Of a DNA stretch of 64,000 nt, positions 8,907 to 19,153 are shown in pieces. The notes beneath the pieces were generated by a model that saw only the letters and a list, made by a program, of their open reading frames with translations, made no database searches and was not told where the DNA came from. Both the position numbers and the translations under genes were made by a program. Within the stretch, counting starts at the first letter, position 1. Every line of letters begins with the position of its first letter. This DNA comes from an uncultured Verrucomicrobiae bacterium (GTDB lineage Bacteria > Verrucomicrobiota > Verrucomicrobiia > Chthoniobacterales > JAFAMB01), in assembly GCA_963837955.1 (NCBI GenBank), contig CAWIPH010000002.1:4672001-4736000 (forward strand). The letters are read 5' to 3'.

Positions 8907-9545
8907 GTGAGCACCCTCGACCGCAAACAACCGCGACTGGGCCTGATCGACTACGGCTCCGGTAATCTACGTAGCGTTACCAAAGCGCTAGAATCGGTTC
9001 GGTCCCACATTCAAAGGATTGCAAGCGGACCGATTCCCCAAGACCTTGACGCGGTGGTCCTACCAGGCGTGGGATCGTTCGGGGACTCCGTCAGACAACT
9101 CCAGAAGCGGCGCCTATTTGATCCTCTGCTCGATTGGTTGGAAGCTGGAAAACCGTTTTTGGGGATCTGTCTTGGCTATCAACTCCTCTTTGAACATAGT
9201 GAAGAAACGCCAAATGTACGAGGACTTGGCGTTTTGGCTGGCCAGGTTCGCAGGTTCGCTGGTCCGAATCTCAAGGTTCCGCAGATCGGATGGAACACGG
9301 TGCGTTGGAGTGCGCAAACTCTGAAGCGATATCCCGGGTTACCGGCGGATCCTTTTGTGTATTTCGTTCATTCCTATTATCCGGTGCCCGTAGATTCTAC
9401 CACAGTCGCAGGGACAACCAATTACGGCGGGGAGTTCGCGTCGGCCGTAGCCAAGGACAAGCTTTTGGCGACTCAATTTCACCCGGAAAAAAGTCAGACT
9501 GCTGGTCTCAAAATCCTCAAAACTTTCGTCGCTTCCCTTCCATGA
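8907..9545 (+). CDS. hisH: Imidazole glycerol phosphate synthase glutaminase subunit
   Basis: IDYGSGNLRSV, LPGVGSFG, GICLGYQ, YFVHSY, QFHPEKS; start uncertain (GTG 8907). Confidence 0.95.
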   Translation: MSTLDRKQPRLGLIDYGSGNLRSVTKALESVRSHIQRIASGPIPQDLDAVVLPGVGSFGDSVRQLQKRRLFDPLLDWLEAGKPFLGICLGYQLLFEHSEETPNVRGLGVLAGQVRRFAGPNLKVPQIGWNTVRWSAQTLKRYPGLPADPFVYFVHSYYPVPVDSTTVAGTTNYGGEFASAVAKDKLLATQFHPEKSQTAGLKILKTFVASLP

Positions 9546-10288
9546 TCATTCTTCCCGCAATCGACCTATTGGACGGCCAGGTGGTTCGCTTACGGCAGGG
9601 CCGGCTCGATCAACGCACGGTGTATCCCGAGGACGCGCTATTTTACGCTTCGCGCTGGGAGGAAGAAGGCGGTAACTGCTTGCATGTGGTAGACCTAAAC
9701 GCGGCGTTCACCGGCGAGCACCGCAATCTGAAACTGATCGAAAAGCTGGTTTCCATCCTCAACATTCCGGTCCAGGTCGGAGGCGGAGTGCGTTCGCTCG
9801 ACTCTGCTAAAGAGCTACTCGGAGCGGGCGCCGCCCGCGTGGTTGTTGGAACCCGTGCGGTCGAGGATAGAGGTTTTGTCGATGATCTGGTCAAGACCTT
9901 TGGGGGACAAAAGGTCGCCGTCAGCGTCGACGTGAAGGAGGGAAAAGTAGCAGTCAGAGGGTGGGCCGAGGTGAGGGAGCTCAATGCTCTCGAATTTGTC
10001 CAACAAATCGATGGTGCAGGAATCGCCTCGGTAATCTTTACTGACATTGCGACCGACGGGATGCTTTCCGGCCCGAATTTTGCCGCTTTGGAAAAAGTGC
10101 TGGCGGTTGCTCGCTGCGAAGTGATTTCCAGTGGAGGAGTCGCCAATATCGAGCACATCAAACAGTTAGCGGCGATTCCCGGGCTTCATGGAGCGATCGT
10201 GGGAAAAGCATTGTTCGACGGTACAATCGACCTGGCAGAAGCCGTTGCCGTTGCTAACGCCATATCAGACGCCAAAGGGGCCGTCTAG
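9542..10288 (+). CDS. hisA: ProFAR isomerase
   Basis: MIILPAIDLLDGQVVRLRQG, HVVDL, QVGGGVR, TDIATDGMLSGPN; ATGA overlap with hisH stop. Confidence 0.96.
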   Translation: MIILPAIDLLDGQVVRLRQGRLDQRTVYPEDALFYASRWEEEGGNCLHVVDLNAAFTGEHRNLKLIEKLVSILNIPVQVGGGVRSLDSAKELLGAGAARVVVGTRAVEDRGFVDDLVKTFGGQKVAVSVDVKEGKVAVRGWAEVRELNALEFVQQIDGAGIASVIFTDIATDGMLSGPNFAALEKVLAVARCEVISSGGVANIEHIKQLAAIPGLHGAIVGKALFDGTIDLAEAVAVANAISDAKGAV

Positions 10289-10396
10289 CCTAGAATCTGG
10301 AATCTAGAGGCAGTTCATCTCAAGCCGTCATCAATGACGATCCGAGGGCGTCTGCTCGTTGTCACGGGGATCCTGCTGTCTCCCGACTCCCTTCGA

Positions 10397-12568
10397 TCAG
10401 CGTCCCGCTGTCCGCGGAGATTTCGAAAGATCTACGAGATCAGTCGCAATATTCAGCGTCTCCCGCCGGATTGCGTCCGAGTCCAAAGAAGTCCCGTTAT
10501 CGTCCTCAACCGCCGCATTCGGATCGGTAGTGTTTGAACTGTTTTCCTTTTGATCTTTTTGCGCCGGGGTTTTCTCGATTAGTTTGAGCTGCGGTTTATC
10601 AACGTCGGCGAGGGACAATTCAAAGCGTTTGTCATGGACCTGCGCTCCCATTTTCTTTTCGTCCGCCTGTTCTTTCTGCTTTTGGGCATTGTCCTTGTCG
10701 AGCTGCTCTCGGCGCAGCTTTTCGTTCAGTGACAAGCGATTGCTCTTCAGCCGATCCTTCAGCTCCTTCACGTCTGTGATAATATCTTGAAACGATTGAT
10801 CTTGGCCGAGCCGGTTGTTCGAGCGCTTTTTCAAATCGTCGATATAGAGCTGCTTATGGTTGTTGGCGATATCGATCGCCGCTGGTTCGACCTCATCATA
10901 TGGAAGCGGACGTTCCAGAGCGGATTCGCCAATTTCGGAATTATCAGACAGGGACGGAAGAACGACATCGGAACTAACTCCGTGTAACTGCGTCGATCCA
11001 CCGGCAACGCGGTAGAATTTCTGGACGGTCAGCTTCAAGGCGCCCGCGTCGTTGCCCGATCCTCCCAACAAGGGAATAAACCGCCCCAGTTCTAGCAACG
11101 TTTGAACCGTGCCTTTTCCGAACGTGCTTGAGTCTCCTACGATTACGGCCCGCCCGTAATCTTGCAAGGCAGCGGCAAAGATCTCACTAGCCGAGGCGCT
11201 GAGCTTGTTCACCAAAATGACGAGAGGACCATTGTAAGCCACCGACGGATCACGATCCTTCAGGACCTCGATGTCGCCGCCCGATTCCTTGACCTGCACA
11301 ACGGGACCTTGGGTAATAAACAACCCAGTCATCTTAATCGCTTCGTCGAGCGATCCTCCGCCGTTTCGGCGAAGATCGATCACCAATCCCTGGATGCCCT
11401 CCTGATCCAGTCTCTTGATCAAAGCAGCGACATCACGCGATGTGCTCTTGCCGGTACGAGACCGTTCCATGTCTTGATAGAACGAAGGCAAAGTAATCCA
11501 ACCCAGCTTTTGGGAGGTACCATCTGGTAATGTTCGATCGATCAACTCGGCCTTCGCCTCTTGCTCGGTGAGTTTCACATTGTCGCGCACCAGCTCGATC
11601 ACCTTTCGCTTAGAAGGATCGGAAGTATCGGAAGGAATAACCTGGAGGCGTACGGTGCTGCCCTTTTTACCCCGAATCAGTTCGACGACTTTTTCCAGTT
11701 TCATGTCGACCACGTCGACAAAGTTATCCTTGCCTTGGCTGACCGCGGCGATCCGGTCGCCCACGCTTACTTTGCCGCTCATTTGGGCGGGTCCGCCCGG
11801 AATCAGGCGCTCAATCTTGGCGTAGCCATCTTCAACTCGCAGCTCGGCGCCAATGCCCGTGAGAGACAAGCGCATATTAATCTCAAAGCTTTCGAGGTCG
11901 CCTTTTCCGAGATATTCGGAATGAGGATCGTAAGTTTGGGCGACCGCGTTCAAGAAGAGCTGCAACACATCATTGTCATCGCGCTCTTCCAGATTCTTCA
12001 CTAGCTGATCATAACGCTTAGAGACAGCCTTCGGGCCCGGATCAATGGCAAACTTGTTCAACTTTTCCTGAAGAAGCTCTCCTTCGATTCGATCCCGCCA
12101 AAGGTTATCAGCATCCTGCTCGTTCGCTGGCCATGGCTCTTTGCGGCGATCAAGGGCGACCGTGCGGGTGCTCTTAAAGCCAAAATTTTCGTTAACCAGT
12201 TTGCGGATCTTCGCGGCGCGGCTTTCGACTCGATCTTTAAATGTGGCGTAGATGTCGCGAGCGGGCTGGATATTTCCGACGATCAGATCTTGATCCAAAC
12301 TTGGATCATATTTCTGATGGATCTTATCGATGTCTTCCTGGGTAAAAAACAGCTTGGTGTAATCGAGGGTCTCCAAATAGGTGTCGAGCACCTTGCGGCT
12401 CATGTTCGCATCTAGTTTTTGCCTGGTGAAATGAGCCTGTTCAAGCAATTTGGAAACCGTGATTGCGACCTGGCGCGAATCAACGGTGTTTGATTTAAGT
12501 TGCCCGAAACTAAGCGTCGCCACCGATACAAGCGAAAGCGAGACGCCGAGATATTTTAGAATTTTCAT
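10397..12568 (-). CDS. prc: Carboxy-terminal processing (tail-specific) protease, S41A, with PDZ domain
   Basis: Signal peptide from MKILKY; YDPHSEY, GIGAEL, DLRRNGGGSL, SASASEIFA, TFGKGTVQ. Confidence 0.92.
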   Translation of the reverse strand: MKILKYLGVSLSLVSVATLSFGQLKSNTVDSRQVAITVSKLLEQAHFTRQKLDANMSRKVLDTYLETLDYTKLFFTQEDIDKIHQKYDPSLDQDLIVGNIQPARDIYATFKDRVESRAAKIRKLVNENFGFKSTRTVALDRRKEPWPANEQDADNLWRDRIEGELLQEKLNKFAIDPGPKAVSKRYDQLVKNLEERDDNDVLQLFLNAVAQTYDPHSEYLGKGDLESFEINMRLSLTGIGAELRVEDGYAKIERLIPGGPAQMSGKVSVGDRIAAVSQGKDNFVDVVDMKLEKVVELIRGKKGSTVRLQVIPSDTSDPSKRKVIELVRDNVKLTEQEAKAELIDRTLPDGTSQKLGWITLPSFYQDMERSRTGKSTSRDVAALIKRLDQEGIQGLVIDLRRNGGGSLDEAIKMTGLFITQGPVVQVKESGGDIEVLKDRDPSVAYNGPLVILVNKLSASASEIFAAALQDYGRAVIVGDSSTFGKGTVQTLLELGRFIPLLGGSGNDAGALKLTVQKFYRVAGGSTQLHGVSSDVVLPSLSDNSEIGESALERPLPYDEVEPAAIDIANNHKQLYIDDLKKRSNNRLGQDQSFQDIITDVKELKDRLKSNRLSLNEKLRREQLDKDNAQKQKEQADEKKMGAQVHDKRFELSLADVDKPQLKLIEKTPAQKDQKENSSNTTDPNAAVEDDNGTSLDSDAIRRETLNIATDLVDLSKSPRTAGR

Positions 12569-12658
12569 GCCCCGAAACGAGTACAGATTGACAGAAGAAT
12601 TGCTGAACACCATTTTTGCGGCCGCCTTAGCCGGCCTTGCAAGCCAGTTTCTCTCAAT

Positions 12659-13282
12659 ATGATCGAGTTTCAAACCTTTATTGGCGGTATCTTCGAAACC
12701 AATGCTTACTTGGTGGCTGCCCCGGGGGGAGCGATTCTTTTCGACGCTCCGACCGGAACTCGTGAGTGGCTAGAGGAAATCCGCGGTCGACCGGATCTCC
12801 TCTTGATCACGCATGGCCACCTCGATCATATCGATGATGCACACGCGGTCAAAGAACGATTTCGCTGCAAAGTGGGTTATCACCCCGATTCTGTACCCCT
12901 CATTACCGAACCGGGCTTCTTCAAACAGCTTGGGTTTTTCTTGGAGGTCACCCCGACAAAAGCTGATTTCTTGATCGATGAGACGAGTTCCCGCGACTTC
13001 TTGGGCCTCAATTTTCAAATATTCTTAGTTCCCGGCCATTGTCCCGGTAGCCTCTGCTTCTATTTGCCTGAAGAGAAGATTCTCTTTGGGGGTGACGTTC
13101 TTTTTGCTGGGAGCGTCGGCCGGACGGATTTACCGGGCTGCGACCACGAGGCCCTCATTTCGAATATTAAGCAGAAACTTTATCGGCTTCCGGACGAAAC
13201 CAAAGTGCTTCCGGGCCATGGACCAGCTACGACCATCGGGTACGAGAAGCGCCACAATCCTTTCGTCCGGGGGAACGACTAA
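12659..13282 (+). CDS. MBL-fold metallo-hydrolase (glyoxalase II-like)
   Basis: THGHLDH, PGHCPGS, GDVLF, GRTDLPG, PGHGP. Confidence 0.92.
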   Translation: MIEFQTFIGGIFETNAYLVAAPGGAILFDAPTGTREWLEEIRGRPDLLLITHGHLDHIDDAHAVKERFRCKVGYHPDSVPLITEPGFFKQLGFFLEVTPTKADFLIDETSSRDFLGLNFQIFLVPGHCPGSLCFYLPEEKILFGGDVLFAGSVGRTDLPGCDHEALISNIKQKLYRLPDETKVLPGHGPATTIGYEKRHNPFVRGND

Positions 13283-13689
13283 AGGAGAGATGCCGGGGCA
13301 AGGATCAGTTGTCCTTCCGCTACCAACTCGCGATTGACGCGGGCTTCGACGGCACATTGCACCAACCCGTTGACCTCACCTACCCGTTTGGCCGACAGAC
13401 GAATCTCCTCCCGGGGTCGAATCGGTCGTAAGAACTTCATCGCGCGGATAGCAGTGAGCAGAAACATCTTTCCGGGTCCACCAATTGCAATCCCAGCAGT
13501 TTGGGCCAGGGCCTCAGTGAGCAGCACACCCGGCACAATTGGATTTCCAGGGAAATGCCCCTGAAAAAATGGTTCCTCTCCGCCGAATTGCTTGCGAGCT
13601 TCGGCCCATACGCCTGCCTCAACGTTGTCTACCTCGTCGATAAAAATGAAAGGGAATCGATGTGGTAGGCCAAGGCTCAATGGATCCAT
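13279..13689 (-). CDS. fabZ: 3-hydroxyacyl-ACP dehydratase FabZ family (stand-alone)
   Basis: LPHRFPFIFID, FFQGHFPGNPIVPGVLLTEALAQ. Confidence 0.85.
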   Translation of the reverse strand: MDPLSLGLPHRFPFIFIDEVDNVEAGVWAEARKQFGGEEPFFQGHFPGNPIVPGVLLTEALAQTAGIAIGGPGKMFLLTAIRAMKFLRPIRPREEIRLSAKRVGEVNGLVQCAVEARVNRELVAEGQLILAPASLL

Positions 13690-13759
13690 ACTGGTGAGGG
13701 AGTCTCTTCAAAATCCGCGCGAGTTGCAACCAGCACCCAACCGCCCGAGATTAGAGACT

Positions 13760-14989
13760 GTGAATTTCGCCGGATTAGCAGATCGGTATCGCACCGATTT
13801 CCCGATTCTATCGCAAAGCGTCAATGGCCATCCCCTAGTGTACTTGGACAACGCGGCCTCGACTCAGCATCCCAATGCCGTGATCGAAGAATTGGCGAGA
13901 TATTATCGCGAGGACCACGCAAATGTACACCGCGGGCTACACACCTTGAGCAGCCGTGCGACCGCGCTGTACGAGAAGGCAAGAGAACGCGTGGCCCAAT
14001 ATCTCAATGCCGAGCGATCCGAGTCCATCGTCTTTACCCGCGGAACCACCGAAGCGATTAACCTGGTTGCCGCCACCTGGGGTCAGCAATTGAAAACCGG
14101 GGAAGGGATTCTGCTCACAGAAATGGAGCACCACGCAAATCTGATCCCCTGGCAAATTGTGGCGAAGCGGACGGGAGCGAAGCTGCATTTCATTCCGGTT
14201 GAAGGAGATGGCGAAGTAGATTGGTCACAGCTGGAAAAGTATTTCCGCGACAATCCGATCCGTCTGGTCGCGCTCACGCACATTTCCAACTCTCTCGGCT
14301 GCGTTAATCCGATCTCAGAGGTCTGCCGCATCGCAAAAAAGAACGGTGCTGTGACTTTGATTGACGCAGCGCAAAGCGCTGGTCATTCGCCGCTGGATGT
14401 TCGCGCGATAGGATGCGATTTCCTAGCCCTTTCTGGACATAAATGTTGTGGCCCGACGGGCATCGGAGTCCTTTACGGACGGCCGGAGTTACTCCATAAA
14501 ATGGAGCCCTATCAGTGTGGTGGGGAGATGATCGTGAGCGTCAATTTCGAGTCTGCACAATGGAAACCGCCTCCGTACCGCTTCGAAGCTGGCACGCCGC
14601 ACATAGCCGGGGCTATCGGACTGGCTAAGGCTTTCGATTACCTTGACAGCGTCGGTAGACCGGCGATCGAGCAGAGCGATCATTATTTCGGGTGTGCCAC
14701 CGCGGACAGACTGCGAGAAATTCCGGGTCTTCGTCTTCTTGGTCCCAGAGGCGACCGAGCGGGAATCCTCAGCTTTCAGTTAGGGAGTATACACGCGCAC
14801 GATTTGGTTGCCTTTGCAGACCAACATGGAATCGCGCTTCGGGGCGGGCATCACTGCAATCAACCGTTGACGCGAAAACTCGGTTTGATCGCCACGGCAA
14901 GGGCCAGCTTTTATTTCTACAATACGGTTTCAGAAATTGACCGGCTGGTTACTGTTCTCCGCGAGGCTATCAAATATTTCGGGGAGTAG
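13760..14989 (+). CDS. sufS: Cysteine desulfurase, SufS family
   Basis: YLDNAAST, ANVHRG, MEHHAN, SGHK (PLP Lys), RGGHHC; GTG 13760 start avoids overlap with fabZ. Confidence 0.95.
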   Translation: MNFAGLADRYRTDFPILSQSVNGHPLVYLDNAASTQHPNAVIEELARYYREDHANVHRGLHTLSSRATALYEKARERVAQYLNAERSESIVFTRGTTEAINLVAATWGQQLKTGEGILLTEMEHHANLIPWQIVAKRTGAKLHFIPVEGDGEVDWSQLEKYFRDNPIRLVALTHISNSLGCVNPISEVCRIAKKNGAVTLIDAAQSAGHSPLDVRAIGCDFLALSGHKCCGPTGIGVLYGRPELLHKMEPYQCGGEMIVSVNFESAQWKPPPYRFEAGTPHIAGAIGLAKAFDYLDSVGRPAIEQSDHYFGCATADRLREIPGLRLLGPRGDRAGILSFQLGSIHAHDLVAFADQHGIALRGGHHCNQPLTRKLGLIATARASFYFYNTVSEIDRLVTVLREAIKYFGE

Positions 14990-15433
14990 ATGGATTTCGA
15001 CGAGTTATACCAGGAGATTATCCTGGATCATTGTAAACGCCCGAGAAACAAGGGAACTCTTCCTCCTCCGGCCACCCACGGTTCTGGATTCAACCCAGCT
15101 TGCGGAGATGAAGTCACCGTGTTTGTCCGTCAATCGCCGGAAGGCCGGATCGATGAACTCGCGTTCGAATCGCAAGCCTGCGCGATTTGCACGGCTTCAA
15201 CGTCGCTAATGACCACCCAGGTGAAAGGGAAAAGTCGGGAACAAGCGCTCGCTCTCCAACGACGGTTCATCAATTTTTTGACCAAGGATATTCCAGAGGA
15301 AGGCCTCGGTAACCTTCAAGCTTTGGCGGGCGTCAAAAAATTTCCGCAGAGACTGAAGTGCGCAACCCTCGGCTGGCACGCGCTGGAGGTCGCATTGAGC
15401 GGGACTGAACGCGAGCCAGTGACATCGGAATAG
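14990..15433 (+). CDS. sufU: SufU/NifU-type Fe-S assembly protein
   Basis: LYQEIILDH, NPACGDEV, ACAICTAS, RLKCATL; abuts sufS. Confidence 0.93.
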   Translation: MDFDELYQEIILDHCKRPRNKGTLPPPATHGSGFNPACGDEVTVFVRQSPEGRIDELAFESQACAICTASTSLMTTQVKGKSREQALALQRRFINFLTKDIPEEGLGNLQALAGVKKFPQRLKCATLGWHALEVALSGTEREPVTSE

Positions 15434-15465
15434 GTCGGGCTACTGAGGCGGCAGGAACACCCATG

Positions 15466-15488
15466 GTAGGTAGGTGTCGCCTACCTAC
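15466..15488. terminator. Hairpin at convergent sufU / MFS ends
   Basis: Perfect 9-bp stem GTAGGTAGG-TGTCG-CCTACCTAC; no U-tract, so terminator role uncertain. Confidence 0.4.
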
Positions 15489-17164
15489 GAAGCTGAATCT
15501 CCGACTTGGGGGGTGCCCAAGTCCAGCGGACTGCCCGGCATGGTCGAAGGATGCGCTTCCAAAATCCGATGACTTAGCACCTCCCGGTTAACACACAGGT
15601 AGATTCTCTCCTCTGGACGATTTTTCCCAAGGTGCATTGACCAAACAACATCCAACATTTCTTTTTCGCTTTGCGTCAATCGCTCCTGTTGAAGGAGGTG
15701 CTCATTCCAGGAAGGAACCATCATTTCGAGACGGAAAGTGTTGAAACGCTCGAGGTCCTCATGCAGACGCCAGCTGAAAGCTCCGTTCCGGAGATGAATC
15801 AGGCGTACATCGCGCATCTTCCGCATAAAATCGCTGCCCCGGGTATGATCGACTTCGAATTCGACAGTGATCGAAACCGGCCCGTCGTGCGCCCGAGGGA
15901 CATGAATCAGCCGGTGAGCATGCCCAACAACCGGCGCCGGGTGGAAGTCCAGATCGGAGATAAAATTGATCGAAAGAGGTATAGTCAGCAGCAAGCTGAG
16001 TAGCAGTACACCCGCTGCCACCAGTAAGGTTTGGCTGATCCCTAAGGTGCTAGCACTATAACCCCAAACCACTCCACCGAGCGCCAGCGCTCCTTGCGAG
16101 ACCATAATGACGCTCGCATTCATTCTTCCGCGCGCCCACGAGGGCATCGCGCGCTGACCGGCTACCCACAACTCCGAGGCCGCCAGGGTCCAGCCCACTC
16201 CAGCAAACGCCGCTACCAACATGAAAATGACGGGGTTGCGGACCAGTGCCATCGCCAAATAGACGAGAACGACAACGAGATTGGCCAACAAAATCAGCGC
16301 GTTAGAGGAAAGGTGATCGCGTGCTCTCGGAACAACAAAGACTGCTCCAAAAACTGATCCCGCGCCCATGAAAGTAAACAGTAGGCCGAGGCTGGAAGGC
16401 TGGAAATTCAGCTGCTTCAACCCGACGACCGGCATCAGTGCAGGAATAATGGAGATAAAGAACGCAAACAAGACATTGCGGGCCAGGACGACCTGGATGC
16501 CAGGGGCATACCGGACATAACGAATCGCTGTGGTGAACGACTCCAAAAAATTTTCCAGGGGCAGCTTGGAAGTTGTGACGTTGCCCTTCCAACGAAGGAT
16601 AGCGAAAATCACTATGAGGAAACAAATCGCGTTTAACGTGAATAGCCAATTAGGCGCGAAGAAACGCAGCAGGAGTCCGCCGATAGCCGGGCCAATAATC
16701 CCCGAAATGTTGAGCTGAAGCCCCCCCAGCGTCGCCGCCGAAGGCAGCTCTTCGTTGGTGACGATTTCCGGAACTACAGCGGCCCAGGCCGGCGAGTTGA
16801 AGGCGAAACCGACACCAGTGAGAAACACGCAGGCCAATATGATCCAAGGGTTCAAGAGGCCTAGAAAACCAAATACAGCCATTAACGCCGCGGCGCCGGC
16901 GAGCCAAAAATTCATGACTAGCATCAACTTTCGGCGATCAACCATATCGGCTAGGGCGCCAGCGGGGAGGGTGAAAAAGAAGAAAGGAAGAGAAGCTACC
17001 GTTGACATCAACGACAGGAGAAACGCTGACGGACTCAACATATTCATTACCCACGTCGCTGCGGTATCGTGGGCTGAGACACAGGTGCCGGAAAGGAGCG
17101 TTGCCAACCAAAGGTTCCGATAGATCGGATTACGGAGTGCCGTAAAAGTGGAGCTTTGGGCCAT
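15485..17164 (-). CDS. MFS transporter (MFS_3/DUF894-like) with soluble C-terminal domain, paralog 2
   Basis: About 12 TMs, GALADMVDRRK motif A, C-terminal GPVSIT...LRNGAFSW...SWNEHL; ATG 17164 aligns with the paralog start. Confidence 0.9.
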   Translation of the reverse strand: MAQSSTFTALRNPIYRNLWLATLLSGTCVSAHDTAATWVMNMLSPSAFLLSLMSTVASLPFFFFTLPAGALADMVDRRKLMLVMNFWLAGAAALMAVFGFLGLLNPWIILACVFLTGVGFAFNSPAWAAVVPEIVTNEELPSAATLGGLQLNISGIIGPAIGGLLLRFFAPNWLFTLNAICFLIVIFAILRWKGNVTTSKLPLENFLESFTTAIRYVRYAPGIQVVLARNVLFAFFISIIPALMPVVGLKQLNFQPSSLGLLFTFMGAGSVFGAVFVVPRARDHLSSNALILLANLVVVLVYLAMALVRNPVIFMLVAAFAGVGWTLAASELWVAGQRAMPSWARGRMNASVIMVSQGALALGGVVWGYSASTLGISQTLLVAAGVLLLSLLLTIPLSINFISDLDFHPAPVVGHAHRLIHVPRAHDGPVSITVEFEVDHTRGSDFMRKMRDVRLIHLRNGAFSWRLHEDLERFNTFRLEMMVPSWNEHLLQQERLTQSEKEMLDVVWSMHLGKNRPEERIYLCVNREVLSHRILEAHPSTMPGSPLDLGTPQVGDSAS

Positions 17165-17278
17165 GCGCTTTGGGGGGAGAGCGATCTCTGCCAAATTATT
17201 CCGGAGAATACAGGTCTCGACGAAAAAGCCAAATGCGATTGTGATGAGAGATGCGTCGGAAATCGCGAACCGAAAGGT

Positions 17279-18928
17279 CTAACCAGATCGAACCTCTGCT
17301 GGTTCCACCTCGATCGGCACGCTAGAGCTCCTCCGCCGCAGGAGCTCTCTGTTCACAGACAGATAGTGCTTCACAACCGGCTCTCCTTCGCCGCGGTGAA
17401 GTCTCCACACCTTTTCCCAGGTATTCAGTTCGTTCTTGGTCATTCGCTCGTGCTGCTGCAAATGTTCGGACCAGGATGCAACCAACATTTCCATCCGGAA
17501 GTGATTTGGCTTTTCCAGATCTTCGTCTAGCTGCCACCGAAACGCCCCATTGCGTAAGTAGGTTAGCCGCATCTCGCGCATGAGCTGAAAAAACTTCCAT
17601 CGATCAGCCGGCGCAATTTCGAACTCCATAGTAATGACCACTGGTCCGTCGGACGGTTGCGGCGCTCGAAACATGCGGTGGTAATGGGTCGATAGAGGCG
17701 CAGATTCCAGATTCAACTGTTGGGTAAAATCGATCGAAAGCGGGAAAGCGAGGGGCAGACTAAAGAGAAGAAATAGTGCCGCCGCCAGGAGCGCGAACTT
17801 CACACCTAACGTTGCAGCCAAGCCTCCCCAAACTAGACCTCCCAGAGCGATACCACCCTGGGATACCATCATATGAGTGGCGTTCATCCGTCCGCGCGCC
17901 CAGTTGGGCATAGCTCGCTGACCCGCGACCCAGAGTTCCGCAGCGGTCAAGGTCCAACCAAACCCGGCTAGCGCCGCAATTAGCCAAAAAATTCTAACAT
18001 CGGACACGAGGGCCATCAGAACGAACACAGCTACTAGGAGGAAGTTCGCAACAATGGTGAGCGTATTCGCGGAGAAACGCGCGCGAGCCTGCGGGATCAC
18101 CAAAACCGCTCCAACAACCGAGCCAATCCCCATAGAGGTGTAGAGGAAGCCTAGGCCTCGCGAATCGAGGTTTAGCACTCGTAAACCAACCACCGGCAGT
18201 AGCGCTGGAATGACAGAAATGAAGAAGGAAAAGACAACGTCTCGTGCCAAAACAATCTGGATCCCGGGCGCGTAGCGAACATAACGAGCCGCACTGGCAA
18301 ACGCCTCGAGAAAATTCTCCAGCGGCAGCCTGGGTTGCAAATTTGACCTTTTCCAGCTCAATATCGCGCCGGTTACCAACAGGAAGCAGAAAGCGTTCAG
18401 TGCGAACACAATGGAAGCTCCAAATTGCATCAGCAGGAACCCGCCGAGCGCGGGGCCAATGATACCGGCCAAATTCAGCTGAAGACCGCCAAGCGTCACC
18501 GCCGAAGGCAGCTCGGCAGGCGAAACAATTTCCGGAATCAGTGCCGACCAAGCCGGAGAATAAAAGCTAAAACCGACGCCAGCACAAAAAACGGCCACCA
18601 GAATGACCCATGGACTCAACGCGTTGAGAAAACCGAATATTGCCATCATTCCCGCCGTGGAAGCCAACCAGAGGTTCATCACGGAGAGGATTCTTCGGCG
18701 ATCGACCATGTCTGCTACGGCGCCAGCCGGTACCGTAAATAGAAAGAACGGCAGTGAAGCCAAGGTAGACATCAGCGAGATCAGGAACGGCGAGTCGGAA
18801 AGCGTGTGCATCATCCAGGTCGCCGCTGTATCGTGAGCCGACACACAACAGCCCGAAATGACGGTTGCGATCCAAAGCCGACGGAAAGTTCGATTTCGCA
18901 GCGAAATCCAAATGGAACTGCTACTCAT
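17279..18928 (-). CDS. MFS transporter (MFS_3/DUF894-like) with soluble C-terminal domain, paralog 1
   Basis: GAVADMVDRRR, about 12 TMs, LRNGAFRW...SWSEHL; colinear with neighbour. Confidence 0.9.
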   Translation of the reverse strand: MSSSSIWISLRNRTFRRLWIATVISGCCVSAHDTAATWMMHTLSDSPFLISLMSTLASLPFFLFTVPAGAVADMVDRRRILSVMNLWLASTAGMMAIFGFLNALSPWVILVAVFCAGVGFSFYSPAWSALIPEIVSPAELPSAVTLGGLQLNLAGIIGPALGGFLLMQFGASIVFALNAFCFLLVTGAILSWKRSNLQPRLPLENFLEAFASAARYVRYAPGIQIVLARDVVFSFFISVIPALLPVVGLRVLNLDSRGLGFLYTSMGIGSVVGAVLVIPQARARFSANTLTIVANFLLVAVFVLMALVSDVRIFWLIAALAGFGWTLTAAELWVAGQRAMPNWARGRMNATHMMVSQGGIALGGLVWGGLAATLGVKFALLAAALFLLFSLPLAFPLSIDFTQQLNLESAPLSTHYHRMFRAPQPSDGPVVITMEFEIAPADRWKFFQLMREMRLTYLRNGAFRWQLDEDLEKPNHFRMEMLVASWSEHLQQHERMTKNELNTWEKVWRLHRGEGEPVVKHYLSVNRELLRRRSSSVPIEVEPAEVRSG

Positions 18929-19153
18929 ACGATGACGAACGAGAAATCATTCAATGAAAATCATCCAATAATTAGGCGGATTGCGGACTCTCGCTCATGG
19001 TAGTGCAGGACGACAGATCCACAATCTGTTCTCCTAGCTCGTGATGCAACCCGAAGGCGCCGCGGCTCGGCTCAAAACATAGAATTTCATGGTGGGTCAC
19101 CGGATATGGAGAAGTGAAGTTGACTGAGAAAGCGCAGCACAACGAGAACACTT

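Noticed and set aside
9290..9541. N-terminal extension of HisA (similar extensions on hisB, hisH, prc, sufS, cysD, ugd)
   Set aside because: Longest-ORF artefacts that overlap neighbours or precede the conserved N-terminus
18929..19153. Riboswitch upstream of the tandem MFS genes
   Set aside because: Only one modest hairpin (ACAGAT/ATCTGT); no aptamer consensus I recognise; an Rfam scan would settle it
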